From: a virus | Lineage: Duplodnaviria; Caudoviricetes | IMG/VR virus record: IMGVR_UViG_3300033485_000040 | Location: 1-41,504 of that record | Length of the DNA stretch: 41,504 bases | Reading direction: 5' to 3' (one strand) | Shown: positions 27,409 through 37,341 of the stretch, one piece after another | How the letters are laid out: every line of letters begins with the position of its first letter | Position numbering within the stretch: the stretch's first letter is position 1 | Notes under the pieces: model-generated | The model's database searches: none | What the model was told of the DNA's origin: nothing | The model's input: the letters and a program-made list of their open reading frames with translations, nothing else | Program-made: the position numbers and the translations under genes

Positions 27409-28581
27409 ATGGAACTAGAACAAAAATTTGAGGAACTGAATTTGGTCATTATGCAATTCAAAAAAGCCAATGACGAAAGGCTCGCACAGCTTGAAACAAA
27501 AGGCCGTGAGTCGGGCGAAAAAATTGAGAAAGTGGAAAAACTCAACGCCGAAATCGACCGCTTGCAGGGCGAAATTAAGGCCATTCAAACGGCCATGAAT
27601 CGCCCCGGCCAAAACGGCGGCGGGAAAGAAGACTTGGACGAAAAGGCTATGAAATATAAATCCGCTTTCAACGCCTATATGCGAAAAGGCAATGACGCGG
27701 AAATCAAGGCCCTCTCGGTTGATTCTGATCCCGACGGCGGGTACACTGTCACACCGCAAGTTAGCGCTGCGGTTGTCAAAAAGGTTTTCGAATCAAGTCC
27801 GCTTCGCCAACTCGCCTCGGTTGAGACTATTTCCACCGATTCGCTGGAAATTTTGGAAGACCTCGACGAGGCGTCTAGCGGCTGGGTTGGTGAGCAACAA
27901 GCCCGAACGGAAACCAATACACCTACCCTGAAAAAGATTTCAATTCCAGTTCACGAGCTGTACGCAATGCCAAAAGCCACACAAAAACTTTTGGACGACA
28001 GCGCATGGAACATGGAAGCTTGGCTTGCCGATCACGTTTCGCGAAAATTTGCGCGAGATGAAGCAACGGCCTTTATTTCCGGTTCAGGTGTTTTGAAACC
28101 TCGCGGGATTATTACCTATGCTTCCGGCACGGCCTTTGAACAAATCGAACAAGTCATTTCTGGCCACGCCACTTTGTTTACTTCGGACGGGCTTATTGAT
28201 TTGCAAGGCGCTCTCAAAGAAGACTACCAAGCCAACGCCTCTTGGCTCATGCAACGGGCTTCTATGACCGCAATTCGGAAACTGAAAAACGCCGTTTCCG
28301 GCGACTATTTGTGGCAACCCGGTTTGCAAGCGAATCAACCCGATTTGCTTTTGGGAAAACCGGTATATTTGGCCGCCGACATGGAAGCTCAAGCCGCTGG
28401 CAAACTTGCCGCCGCTTACGGGGATTTCCGTGAGGGCTATCAAATTGTTGACCGCATCGGTATCCGAGTTATCCGGGATGTTTTCACCGCTAAACCTTTT
28501 GTGTTGTTCTACACCACAAAACGTGTTGGTGGCGGCGTGAAAAATTTTGAAGCCCTCAAGCTTCAAAAGATTTCCGCCTAA
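27409..28581 (+). CDS. HK97-fold major capsid protein with N-terminal coiled-coil delta domain
   Basis: DGGYTV, WVGE, KLLDDS, YLWQPG, LLGKPV, RVGGGV. Confidence 0.97.
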   Translation: MELEQKFEELNLVIMQFKKANDERLAQLETKGRESGEKIEKVEKLNAEIDRLQGEIKAIQTAMNRPGQNGGGKEDLDEKAMKYKSAFNAYMRKGNDAEIKALSVDSDPDGGYTVTPQVSAAVVKKVFESSPLRQLASVETISTDSLEILEDLDEASSGWVGEQQARTETNTPTLKKISIPVHELYAMPKATQKLLDDSAWNMEAWLADHVSRKFARDEATAFISGSGVLKPRGIITYASGTAFEQIEQVISGHATLFTSDGLIDLQGALKEDYQANASWLMQRASMTAIRKLKNAVSGDYLWQPGLQANQPDLLLGKPVYLAADMEAQAAGKLAAAYGDFREGYQIVDRIGIRVIRDVFTAKPFVLFYTTKRVGGGVKNFEALKLQKISA

Positions 28582-28595
28582 TCAAATTGAAATTT

Positions 28596-28617
28596 GCGGC
28601 CTGAATTTTCGGGCCGC
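28596..28617 (+). other. Stem-loop after the capsid gene
   Basis: GCGGCCTGA-ATTT-TCGGGCCGC, no U-tract. Confidence 0.45.
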
Positions 28618-28646
28618 TCAACTAAAACCTTTTCAGGAGAGACAAA

Positions 28647-29021
28647 ATGTTACGAGAATTGAAATCAAGATTGAAAGAAGTTTTGGCGCTGGCACCGGCG
28701 TCCTACTCTGCGTCAACCAATGGGGTCACCGTTGACACTCAAGGACTCAGCGCCCTTGAGTTTATTTTTAATGTTGGTGCCCTTACGGCGCCGGACGGGT
28801 CAAACTATTTTGACCTGAAAATTGAGGAAAGTGACGATGACTCGGTATGGACCGCATACTCGACACTCAAAAGCCTAACCGCAGCGGGTGACGCGGCGGC
28901 TGTTTATTCTGCCAACTATGGTGGAAATAAACGATACGCACGCGCGGTTATCACCGAAACGGGAACCGCCATTGCGGTGATTGGCTGTGTTGCCGTCGGA
29001 ATGTTGCAACACCAACCGTAA
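28647..29021 (+). CDS. Putative capsid decoration protein
   Basis: AGGAG RBS; GVTVDTQG...KIEESDD...YGGNKRYAR; directly after the capsid gene. Confidence 0.7.
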   Translation: MLRELKSRLKEVLALAPASYSASTNGVTVDTQGLSALEFIFNVGALTAPDGSNYFDLKIEESDDDSVWTAYSTLKSLTAAGDAAAVYSANYGGNKRYARAVITETGTAIAVIGCVAVGMLQHQP

Positions 29022-29027
29022 ATTGCC

Positions 29028-29071
29028 AGAGCCGGGATAAGCGCGACACCACGCGCCCCCGGCTCTTTTTT
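29028..29071 (+). terminator. Intrinsic terminator
   Basis: AGAGCCGGG...CCCGGCTCT stem with inner GCGCG/CGCGC stem, then a T-run. Confidence 0.75.
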
Positions 29072-29083
29072 GAGAGGAAAGTC

Positions 29084-29428
29084 TTGAAAGAAATTTACAT
29101 GATTCGGTCGGAATATTCTGAAACCGACGGCCCGCCCCGGCTTTTGTTTGGGGGCTGCTATTATGACTTAACCGATACCGAAGCCAAAAGATTAGTAGAA
29201 ATTGGCGCTGCGGTGTGGGGGAGGGAAACAAATGTTGAGCGAAGAGACGCTAGCCCCAATGGGGATGTCACAAAAACTGAAAACGGCCCCGGCAGCGACT
29301 CCGGTAAGCCTGTCAGAAGTGAAAGAGTTTCTGAGAATCGACCACAACGCCGAAGACACAAGCCTGACAATTCTGCTAAACGCGGCGGTGGCAAGGGTCG
29401 AAAGGTTCACAAATCTAAAACTGATTAA
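29084..29428 (+). CDS. Small head-associated protein with a basic tail overlapping the adaptor gene
   Basis: GAGGA RBS, TTG start; YDLTDTEAKRLVEIGAA pattern. Confidence 0.6.
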   Translation: MKEIYMIRSEYSETDGPPRLLFGGCYYDLTDTEAKRLVEIGAAVWGRETNVERRDASPNGDVTKTENGPGSDSGKPVRSERVSENRPQRRRHKPDNSAKRGGGKGRKVHKSKTD

Positions 29429-29831
29429 CCAAACTTGGCTCATCTATTTCGACCATTTCCCAACTGAAAACTTTCTAAATCTTCGCGCCGGTCCGCTTTC
29501 CTCTATTACTTCTGTCAAATATTCAGACGAAAACGGAACCCAAGCCACCTTTTCGAGCGCGAATTATATTGCCCGAACAAGCGGCCAGCATGGTGAAATA
29601 ATTTTGAAACTTGGCATGGTTTGGCCCGATACCGTTTTGCAAGCGCATGGTGGGGTCGAGGTTGAATGCGTTCTAGGGCATGGGGCTGCGGGTTCAAATG
29701 TTCCAGAAGCCCTACGACAAGCCGTTTTAGAGGTTTGTGCGGCTCTTTATGATGGCCGTGGCAATTCAGATGCGAAGCCAATCCCGGCAATTGCGGCGGC
29801 TCTTTGCGGCGCTTACCGAGTGGCCCCATGA
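29232..29831 (+). CDS. Head-tail adaptor (gp6/phiE125 gp8-like)
   Basis: PVSLSEVKEFLRID, LINQTW, VPEALRQAVL; GGAGG RBS before ATG 29232. Confidence 0.9.
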   Translation: MLSEETLAPMGMSQKLKTAPAATPVSLSEVKEFLRIDHNAEDTSLTILLNAAVARVERFTNLKLINQTWLIYFDHFPTENFLNLRAGPLSSITSVKYSDENGTQATFSSANYIARTSGQHGEIILKLGMVWPDTVLQAHGGVEVECVLGHGAAGSNVPEALRQAVLEVCAALYDGRGNSDAKPIPAIAAALCGAYRVAP

Positions 29832-30157
29832 ACGTTGGCGAAATGAAGCAACGCATCATTATTGAAAAGAAAACCGAGACAACCGACGGGGTTGGCGGGT
29901 TCACCGCCGTTTGGTCCACGCACGTCACGGTTTTTGCACGCGTTGAAAGTGTTTCGGGAAACGAAAGAAAATTTGCGGGCCGTCTTCAAGAAGAGATAAC
30001 CCACGTCATTACTTGCCGGTCAAAATCCGTTTTGAATACCACGGCGGAAATGCGTGTTTCATTCCAAAATCGGCTTTTTCAAATCAAAAGCGTTTTCAGA
30101 AAAAACGAATTGTCAGAATGGACAACAATCTTGGCGGTTGAGGGGGTGGGCACTTGA
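29828..30157 (+). CDS. Head-closure (stopper) protein, SPP1 gp16-like
   Basis: GEMKQRIII, DGVGG, THVITCR, EMRV. Confidence 0.9.
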   Translation: MNVGEMKQRIIIEKKTETTDGVGGFTAVWSTHVTVFARVESVSGNERKFAGRLQEEITHVITCRSKSVLNTTAEMRVSFQNRLFQIKSVFRKNELSEWTTILAVEGVGT

Positions 30158-30390
30158 GAATTGTTTCACCCCACGGGGCTTTTGACATTGATGAAAAGCC
30201 ATGGAAACGCGCTTGGGCGGCACTTGGGAAAGTAATTTTGTTTTTCACCGTCCCGATGATCGAGGACCGGTTGCACGCGTGGGTGCCCGCGCGCGGGTGC
30301 GCGCACGGTGTTCCCGTTAAATTCAAAGCCGACCGGGGGAAGTCTGCGCAATATGAAGTTGATGGGGGGTCAGAATGCGCACCCATGTAG
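30154..30390 (+). CDS. Hypothetical protein inserted in the neck genes
   Basis: TTGA overlap, GGGG RBS. Confidence 0.5.
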   Translation: MRIVSPHGAFDIDEKPWKRAWAALGKVILFFTVPMIEDRLHAWVPARGCAHGVPVKFKADRGKSAQYEVDGGSECAPM

Positions 30391-30818
30391 TTTTCAAGGG
30401 GTTAAAAAAACTCAACCGCCAACTTGATCGGCTTCAAAAAGATATTGATGCCCCCGCATTAAAAGCCCTTGGCGAAGCGGCTTTACTACTTCACGGGGAA
30501 GCGGTGAAGTCCATACAGGAGCGCTCTCCTGGAAAAATTGTCAACGTCGGTGGCCGCCGAATTCAACGATCAAAACCAGGCGACCCACCAAACACACAAA
30601 CGGGTCGATTAGTGAAATCAATTAGGTGGGTGCTAAATCGCACACAGAAAATAGCTACCGTCGGCTCTCGACTCAACTATGCTTTTTGGCTTGAATTCGG
30701 AACAAACAAAATGGAAGCCCGGCCTTGGCTTCGTCCGGCTTTCATCAAAATGAAAGATGCCATGGCCGAGGTTTACACAAAGGCAATAAGCGCGGCAATT
30801 AAGGGGGTGGGCCGATGA
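30375..30818 (+). CDS. HK97 gp10-like tail completion protein
   Basis: SKPGDPP..TGRL, YAFWLEFGT.KMEARPWLRPA. Confidence 0.92.
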   Translation: MRTHVVFKGLKKLNRQLDRLQKDIDAPALKALGEAALLLHGEAVKSIQERSPGKIVNVGGRRIQRSKPGDPPNTQTGRLVKSIRWVLNRTQKIATVGSRLNYAFWLEFGTNKMEARPWLRPAFIKMKDAMAEVYTKAISAAIKGVGR

Positions 30819-31213
30819 CGTGGGCACCTTACGAATATCAGAAAAGAATTTTCGAAATCTTGAATACGGGCACCTTGTCGGGAAAAGTTTATGACCGCGT
30901 TCCTGACCAAAAAGCTTTCCCCTTCGCGGTGATTATGAACGCTGACGAATGGACGGATCGGGGAAGCCACACGACCGACGGCTGGGATGGGCTTTTTGAA
31001 ATTCACACGTTCACCCAAGGTCTAGGCCGCAAGGCCAATTTGGATTTGCAAGCCTATATTGACGGCTTGCTTCACAATCAAAACCTTGCGGCAAACGGAT
31101 GGGTTGACCTAAGCTTTAGACGTGATTTTACGACGGTTTTTATTGAAGACGACAATACAACGTTTCACGGCGTGCAACGTTATAAACTTTTAACGGGGGT
31201 TAATTATGGCTAA
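30815..31213 (+). CDS. Tail terminator, DUF3168-like
   Basis: VYDRVP..AFPF, HGVQRY. Confidence 0.88.
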   Translation: MTWAPYEYQKRIFEILNTGTLSGKVYDRVPDQKAFPFAVIMNADEWTDRGSHTTDGWDGLFEIHTFTQGLGRKANLDLQAYIDGLLHNQNLAANGWVDLSFRRDFTTVFIEDDNTTFHGVQRYKLLTGVNYG

Positions 31214-31847
31214 TGAAATCGGCGGCAAGACTGTTTTGCTGCAAGCGAAAACCGGCGTTTCCGGTGCAGTTACTTTTCAAGACGCGGGCGACACGGTGAC
31301 AAAGGTGGCGCATGGAAAAAATAACGGTGACGTTGTGCAATTCTCGGTGATTACCGGCACAACCGGGATTACCACAGGCACGAATTACTTTGTCATCAAC
31401 AAAACCGCTGACACCTTTCAGCTCACGTCCACCATTTTCGGTTCTCCAATTGCGCTCACTACCGACGGAACCGGAACACTTGATGACGTTTTTCAAACCT
31501 TCGGCGGTCTGCGAAGTAAGTCCCTAACCGTCAGCTCTGAGAGTGTGGACGTGACCAACCATGATTCAGATGAGTGGTCCGCCAAACTTGATGGCGCTGG
31601 TATCCGTTCCGCAGCTATCTCCGGCGAGTGCGTTCTCATCGACAACCACGCGGTCATAAACAAAATTCGCACAAACTTTTTGGCGAACGTCAATACCGAA
31701 TTACGAATTGTAGCCAGCGTGTCCGGGTCTTACTACCAAGGAATGTTCAAGCTCACTGAGTTTGGGTTGTCCGGCGACTACAACGGCGAAGCAACTACCT
31801 CTATTAGCGCCGAGTCGAGCGGTGCTGTTACCTACACGGCGGTGTAA
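31206..31847 (+). CDS. Major tail tube protein (TP901-1/GTA-like) with an inserted beta domain
   Basis: GGLRSKSL..SSESVDVT..DS..W...L.GAG, SAESSGAVT. Confidence 0.88.
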   Translation: MANEIGGKTVLLQAKTGVSGAVTFQDAGDTVTKVAHGKNNGDVVQFSVITGTTGITTGTNYFVINKTADTFQLTSTIFGSPIALTTDGTGTLDDVFQTFGGLRSKSLTVSSESVDVTNHDSDEWSAKLDGAGIRSAAISGECVLIDNHAVINKIRTNFLANVNTELRIVASVSGSYYQGMFKLTEFGLSGDYNGEATTSISAESSGAVTYTAV

Positions 31848-31849
31848 AC

Positions 31850-32224
31850 ATGGTTGATTTTAAGCGTGAAATGGAAATCAACTTGGGCGAACGTTCTTTC
31901 AAATTGAAAGGCACGTTTGACGCTTTGAGCACCATGCAAAGCGAGTGTGGTTTTTCTATGGCCGAAATTACGCAGATGTTGGCCGACAAAAAAGCCCCAT
32001 TGCAAGTTTATTCCGCCATCATTTTCGGGGGCATTGTTGGTGCAGGAAACCCCGAAAAAATCACGCACAAGGAAGTGCAAGAATTAGTTTTCGAATTTGG
32101 AATTTTGGGCGTTGCCCCGATGGCGGTAAATTTCTTTTTACTCTGTATCAAGAAAAATCCGAAGTTTGAGGGTGACCCCGAAAAAAACGCGGTGCCCGCG
32201 CAAGCGGGCCAACCGATGACCTAA
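31850..32224 (+). CDS. Tail assembly chaperone (G)
   Basis: Between tube and tape measure; ends near a slippery A AAA AAC. Confidence 0.85.
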   Translation: MVDFKREMEINLGERSFKLKGTFDALSTMQSECGFSMAEITQMLADKKAPLQVYSAIIFGGIVGAGNPEKITHKEVQELVFEFGILGVAPMAVNFFLLCIKKNPKFEGDPEKNAVPAQAGQPMT

Positions 32225-32403
32225 AAAACTTTTTTCAGGTTGCAGTCTGCGACCTGAAAATATCACCTTCGGAGTTTTGGAAAATGACCCCGGGGGAATT
32301 TTGGGCGGTGTATGACCGCCAAAGCGGCGCCGAAGAGAGGGCCGGATTGATTAAAGACGTTAGGGCAATGGCCAAAGCGGTGGGGGCAAAGGGTGGGAAC
32401 TGA
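32185..32403 (+). CDS. -1 frameshift extension (T) of the tail assembly chaperone
   Basis: Heptamer at 32182-32188; the -1 frame encodes LKISPSEFWKMTPGEFW and stops at 32403. Confidence 0.85.
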   Translation, partial: KRGARASGPTDDLKNFFQVAVCDLKISPSEFWKMTPGEFWAVYDRQSGAEERAGLIKDVRAMAKAVGAKGGN

Positions 32404-34453
32404 ATTAGAAGAGTTACTCATACAACTCAAGGCCGATAATGAGGAATTTAAGTCGGCCTTGAAGTCGTCACAAGGCGACCTGAACAAAGCCACCGATGCC
32501 ATGACCCGCGCGGTGGAAGATTTTTCCAAAAAATCTCAGGGCGGTTTTAGAGTTTCCCAAATGGCCTTTGCGTCGTTTGTCGGAAATATTGCCAGCGACC
32601 TCACCCAAAAAGCTCTCGGTGCAATTTTTGATCTAGGTAAGGCCCTTATATCCGAGGGCGTGCAGGGCGCCATTGAAGCTGAAAAAGCGTCAGCGCTTTT
32701 AGGAAATGCCTTTAGACTTGCGGGAATGGACGCGGAAACGTCCACAAAACAGTTTAAAGCCTTTGCCGAGGGGCTTGCGAGCACAACTGCTTTTGAAGAT
32801 GACACCATAGTAAAAACGGGCGCGATGATTCAAAGCCTTGCACGTCTTGACCAAGAAGGATTGCAGCGTGCTACCGCAGCGGCGGCAAATTTCGCGGCGG
32901 CTACCGGGAAAGACATTAGCGAGGTTACGCAAGCTGTCGGCAAAGCGATGGGCGGCCAAATCTCCGCGCTTTCGCGTCTCGGCATTCATTTGGAAGACAC
33001 TGGGAGCAAATCAAAGAACGCAGCACTTGCCCTTGAAACCTTAGAAGCGCGTTTTGGGGGCTCCGCGCAAGCCGCCGTTAGAACTTTTGCGGGCGCGCTT
33101 TCGCAAAGCCGAAACGCCTTTGGTGATATGGCCAAGGAAGTCGGAAATTTGGTTGTGCAAAATCCCGTAGTAATAGCCGGGCTTAATCAACTAACTAAAA
33201 TTTTCCGAGAATTTAAAGAAGCCGTCTCGGCCAATTCCGGCGAGCTGCAATACTTCGTGAGCGCCGGTCTGATATTCGCTGTCGATGCGGCCACCCTTTT
33301 TCTGGCCTCACTTGACCAAATCATGCGCGCCATTGAGGGCACAATTGAGGTTTTGGGCGGCTTGGTTCAGGGGTTAGTCGATACCGGGCAAGCTTTTTAC
33401 GACTTGGTAACCTTTGCTGGACTTGATGAGGTCAAAAAAGATTTTGAAGAAACCGGCAATATTGTTGACGCTTTCAAAGAGACAATATCGGGTGATTCGA
33501 CCCTTTCAAATCTAGGTGTCAAAACCGCTGAATTAAGTCAGGCGATGGAAAAAGCCTTTGACCCCACCAATCCCGTAAACTTTAAGAAAAAAGTTGATGA
33601 AACAAACGACACCCTTGGCACAACCGCCAAAGAACTAACCGCCGCGCAAGAAGCAGCAAAAGCCTTTGGTGAGGCGCTGCTAAAAAAATCTCAAGATCCA
33701 AACGAAGATTTTAAGGCCCGTTCCGATCTATTAAAAGCTTCGCGTGAGCAAGACATAATTACCGATGAGGTTTATTTCCAACAAAAAAATGAAATGCTCG
33801 CGGAGCAATTTGCGCTTGAAAATCAAATGCTGCAAGATGCGCGTGCAACCTCACTTCAAAGTGAAACCGATTATAACGCCGCAAGCTTGCAATTGGCGCA
33901 ACAACAAACGGCGGCAAAATTGGCACTTGCCAAAGAGGAAAACGACCGCAAAAAAGAATTGGACAAAGAACGGACGGCCAACATTTCTTCAAGTTTGAGC
34001 GCCATTTCCTCGTTGCAAAACGCCCACTCAAAAGAATTGGTGGCCGTGGGGCGTGCCGCCGGAACCGCCGAGGCGATTATTTCGGGGCAGGTGGCCATTC
34101 AAAAAGCGTGGGCCGTTGGTGGTCCATTCGGGGCGGTGTTGGCCGCAGGCGTTGCCGCCGCCACCGCCGTCCAAATTGCGCGCATTCAAGGTGTGCAATT
34201 AGCAGGCGGCGTCGATTCGGTGCCCGGTTTTGGAAACCGCGATTCAGTTCCCGCAATGCTGACGCCCGGTGAAAGGGTCGTGCCAAAGAACACCAATGCC
34301 GACTTAAAAGATTTTCTGGCCAACCAAAACGAGCCCCGCACGGTGGTAAACAACACTTTCAACATTTCCGCAGACCCAAACGACGGCGAAAAACTTGTAC
34401 GCATTATCAATGACGCCCTTTCAAGGGGCGCATTCAGGGGAGCTTTCGCATGA
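32393..34453 (+). CDS. Tape measure protein
   Basis: 686 aa, Ala-rich and helical; ELLIQLKAD start; DSVPAMLTPGERV C-terminal motif. Confidence 0.93.
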   Translation: MGTELEELLIQLKADNEEFKSALKSSQGDLNKATDAMTRAVEDFSKKSQGGFRVSQMAFASFVGNIASDLTQKALGAIFDLGKALISEGVQGAIEAEKASALLGNAFRLAGMDAETSTKQFKAFAEGLASTTAFEDDTIVKTGAMIQSLARLDQEGLQRATAAAANFAAATGKDISEVTQAVGKAMGGQISALSRLGIHLEDTGSKSKNAALALETLEARFGGSAQAAVRTFAGALSQSRNAFGDMAKEVGNLVVQNPVVIAGLNQLTKIFREFKEAVSANSGELQYFVSAGLIFAVDAATLFLASLDQIMRAIEGTIEVLGGLVQGLVDTGQAFYDLVTFAGLDEVKKDFEETGNIVDAFKETISGDSTLSNLGVKTAELSQAMEKAFDPTNPVNFKKKVDETNDTLGTTAKELTAAQEAAKAFGEALLKKSQDPNEDFKARSDLLKASREQDIITDEVYFQQKNEMLAEQFALENQMLQDARATSLQSETDYNAASLQLAQQQTAAKLALAKEENDRKKELDKERTANISSSLSAISSLQNAHSKELVAVGRAAGTAEAIISGQVAIQKAWAVGGPFGAVLAAGVAAATAVQIARIQGVQLAGGVDSVPGFGNRDSVPAMLTPGERVVPKNTNADLKDFLANQNEPRTVVNNTFNISADPNDGEKLVRIINDALSRGAFRGAFA

Positions 34454-35223
34454 GCTTTTTGACTACTCGCTCATCTTTTTTCTATGGTTTCACCGTAACC
34501 AGGGACAACCAAAATATTGATTTCAATGAGGGGGGCTCACCTCTTTTGGCCGTCTTGAATATTGGCGCCTATTCCGCCACTGAATTTGTGGCGGAAATAA
34601 AGCGCGCCATGGACGCTGCGGGCGCTCTTACCTATACCGTCACTTTCAATCGTTCTACTCGTAAAATCACAATTGCAGCGACGGGAACCTTTGCCCTTCT
34701 GTGCAATTCCGGTTCACACGTTGGGTCGAGTCCCTGGACGCTTTCAGGATTTTCAACGGCATCAGATAAAACCGCCGCCGCTACCTATACCGGGGAAAAT
34801 GTAGCGGGGTCGGAATACCGACCGCAGGCCGTGCTCAAGGACTATATTTCGCCGGACCATTTCAAGCTGAAAGAGTTTGCAAGGGTGAATGTGGCTACCG
34901 ACGGCACCACACAAATGGTGGACTTTGGAACTACAACCCGCTTTCAAGGAAACATTTGGCAAGTGACAGATAGGACGGTCCCAACGGGCGCGACATGGGA
35001 GACCCAAGCAAGCGCCATCAGCAACACTATTTCGTTTTTGGATTTTCTCATCACCAAGGGCAAGGTGGAATTTATGCCCGATAGGGCTACGCCTGCGACA
35101 TTTCACAAAGCGATTTTAGAACGCACGGAGCAATCTGGAAATGGGACGCAATATCAATTACAAGAATTTGACGCGAAAGATTTTTATCAAACGGGCCGCA
35201 TGGTGTTTAGGGTTCTAGCGTAG
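34450..35223 (+). CDS. Tail tip/distal tail-like protein
   Basis: ATGA-coupled after the tape measure; beta-rich. Confidence 0.6.
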   Translation: MSFLTTRSSFFYGFTVTRDNQNIDFNEGGSPLLAVLNIGAYSATEFVAEIKRAMDAAGALTYTVTFNRSTRKITIAATGTFALLCNSGSHVGSSPWTLSGFSTASDKTAAATYTGENVAGSEYRPQAVLKDYISPDHFKLKEFARVNVATDGTTQMVDFGTTTRFQGNIWQVTDRTVPTGATWETQASAISNTISFLDFLITKGKVEFMPDRATPATFHKAILERTEQSGNGTQYQLQEFDAKDFYQTGRMVFRVLA

Positions 35224-35232
35224 GGGGATGCA

Positions 35233-37341
35233 ATGGGCGTTTCAGATGGACAAGTAGCGACAGGGGCAACATTCAACGCCGGGTTACTTTCAAAAAATTC
35301 AAACGACACAAAAACGGGAAACCTCGGGCTCAATTCCCCGGACGTTAACGCTGGAGATGCTATTGCCGATAGTGACGGCGGGGTGCAGAGATTTTTGAAT
35401 GCTGTCAAAAGCGCCGTAGGTATTCCCCTAGCCAGTATTAAAACCTATATTTTACCTTGGTCCACCAATATCGTCGGCAATTCAACGGACACCGTGAAAG
35501 AGCGAGGGGAATTTCTGACATTGAAATTTCGCGGGACCGCAGGACAAGGTCATGCGCACGCGGGCACGGACGGAGACAGCGAAAAAGTAGACGCCGCAAA
35601 TCTCAAAAACGTGAACAACTTTTTCGGCATTCGTCAGGAGTTTACGAAAACCGGCGTCACGGGTGGAAGTGCCGACGTTTCCGCCGTAATGAGCGGGCGC
35701 ACGGCGGGGGGCGGGTCTGCGGTTGCAGGTGTTGTAACCTCGGCCCCTTATAACCGCTGTATTTTGCGTGACAATACAAACGGGGATTTTTTCGAAGACG
35801 CCGACGGCGACCGTATTTTGGGGCTATTAACCGAAAGTGGCGGCACCTGGACTTTGACGTTTGTTTCTGATGACGGGAGTGATACGCCCTATTCTTTCGC
35901 CGTTTCTACTGACATGAAATTTTACCCTATCGAGGTATTCAACCAAAACACACGGCCAACTTTGGCCCCCGATGTTGGCGTCATTGGTTCTAGCCAAGCG
36001 ACAAGCGATGTGGTAGACGCCACCGGCACCATTGCCGGAAAGGTTTCAACGACAGCACAAACTTTTGGTGGGGCAAAAACATTTCTGGCCGCACCAATTT
36101 TGGATTCTCTAACAGCGGGCGCGGTTTTATTTTTAAGTGCTGGCAAAGCCGTGGCCGCAGAAGTAACAAAATTTTTCTGGGATGCCACAAATTTCCGCCT
36201 TGGTGTTGGAACAAATTCCCCCGCCGTTTCTTTAGACGTTTCAGGCGACACCGCCGAAAGACGTTTCGCTCAAGCTACGACGGCCACTATTACTGCACTT
36301 GACACCGCTGGGAAAAGCTTCATTGGTTTTACGGGCTCGACCGCAACGGAGCTGCAAGGGATTGCGAACGGGGCCGATGGCAAAAATCTTGAATTGCACA
36401 ACGAGGCGAGCGCAGCGGTTACAATTAAACACGAAAACGCAGGAGCCAGTGCCGCAAATCGAATTTACACGCCCGACGGTCTTGATTTTTCTTTGCCACA
36501 GAATAAAGCGGTGCGGTTGAAATACAACGCCACCCTTTCTAGGTGGTTGATTTGCAAAGCACCAAATCAGTCTCCCCTCACAACTAAGGGGGATTTATGG
36601 ACGTTTTCAACGGTTGACGCGCGCTTAGGAGTTGGAACCGATGGCTATGTTCTGCAAGCCGATTCCACACAAACCACGGGGCTAAAATGGGCGGCCCCCG
36701 GAAGTACCGGCGCAATTCCGACCGGTATAATGATGGACTACGCCGGGGCCGCCGCGCCTTCTGGGTGGGTCTTGGCTTCTGGCCGCACCATTGGTTCAGT
36801 AGCCTCAAGCGCAACGGAACGCGCAAACGCTGACACTGAAACGCTCTTTACTTTGTTGTGGCTCGAATACTCAAACTCGCTTTTGCCAATTGAGGATTCT
36901 ACGGGAACACCGACAACACGCGGGGTTTCCGCCGCCGCTGACTTTGCTGCAAACAAAAGGATGCCTCTGCTAGATATGCGTGGTCGTGTTGCCGCTGGCA
37001 AAGACGATATGGGCGGAACCGCTGCGAATAGGCTAACATCGGGTGGGTCCGGCATTGCGGGTACAACACTCGGCGCAAGTGGTGGAACACAAACGCACAC
37101 TATGGTTAGCGGTGAAATGCCATCGCACACGCACGTACAGGATGCACACGGGCACTATGTTGATACGTCATCAGGGACGGCGACTTATTTCGCGCTAACT
37201 CTTACGACTGGTGACACTTTATCGTCACAAAACACACATCCAATAAATGCAACAACCGCAACGAACCAAAACACCGGCGGGGGTGGAGCGCATCAAAACA
37301 CGCAACCAACAATGACCTGGACTAAAATCATAAAACTATGA
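35233..37341 (+). CDS. Tail fibre protein with C-terminal collar domain
   Basis: TTKGDL repeat; IPTGIMMDYAG..APSGW, DMRGR, HTH/HGH metal sites, HQNTQP...IIKL. Confidence 0.88.
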   Translation: MGVSDGQVATGATFNAGLLSKNSNDTKTGNLGLNSPDVNAGDAIADSDGGVQRFLNAVKSAVGIPLASIKTYILPWSTNIVGNSTDTVKERGEFLTLKFRGTAGQGHAHAGTDGDSEKVDAANLKNVNNFFGIRQEFTKTGVTGGSADVSAVMSGRTAGGGSAVAGVVTSAPYNRCILRDNTNGDFFEDADGDRILGLLTESGGTWTLTFVSDDGSDTPYSFAVSTDMKFYPIEVFNQNTRPTLAPDVGVIGSSQATSDVVDATGTIAGKVSTTAQTFGGAKTFLAAPILDSLTAGAVLFLSAGKAVAAEVTKFFWDATNFRLGVGTNSPAVSLDVSGDTAERRFAQATTATITALDTAGKSFIGFTGSTATELQGIANGADGKNLELHNEASAAVTIKHENAGASAANRIYTPDGLDFSLPQNKAVRLKYNATLSRWLICKAPNQSPLTTKGDLWTFSTVDARLGVGTDGYVLQADSTQTTGLKWAAPGSTGAIPTGIMMDYAGAAAPSGWVLASGRTIGSVASSATERANADTETLFTLLWLEYSNSLLPIEDSTGTPTTRGVSAAADFAANKRMPLLDMRGRVAAGKDDMGGTAANRLTSGGSGIAGTTLGASGGTQTHTMVSGEMPSHTHVQDAHGHYVDTSSGTATYFALTLTTGDTLSSQNTHPINATTATNQNTGGGGAHQNTQPTMTWTKIIKL

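Noticed and set aside
35233-37341. Diversity-generating retroelement or invertible fibre tip
   Set aside because: No reverse transcriptase, invertase or second copy of the C-terminal region seen
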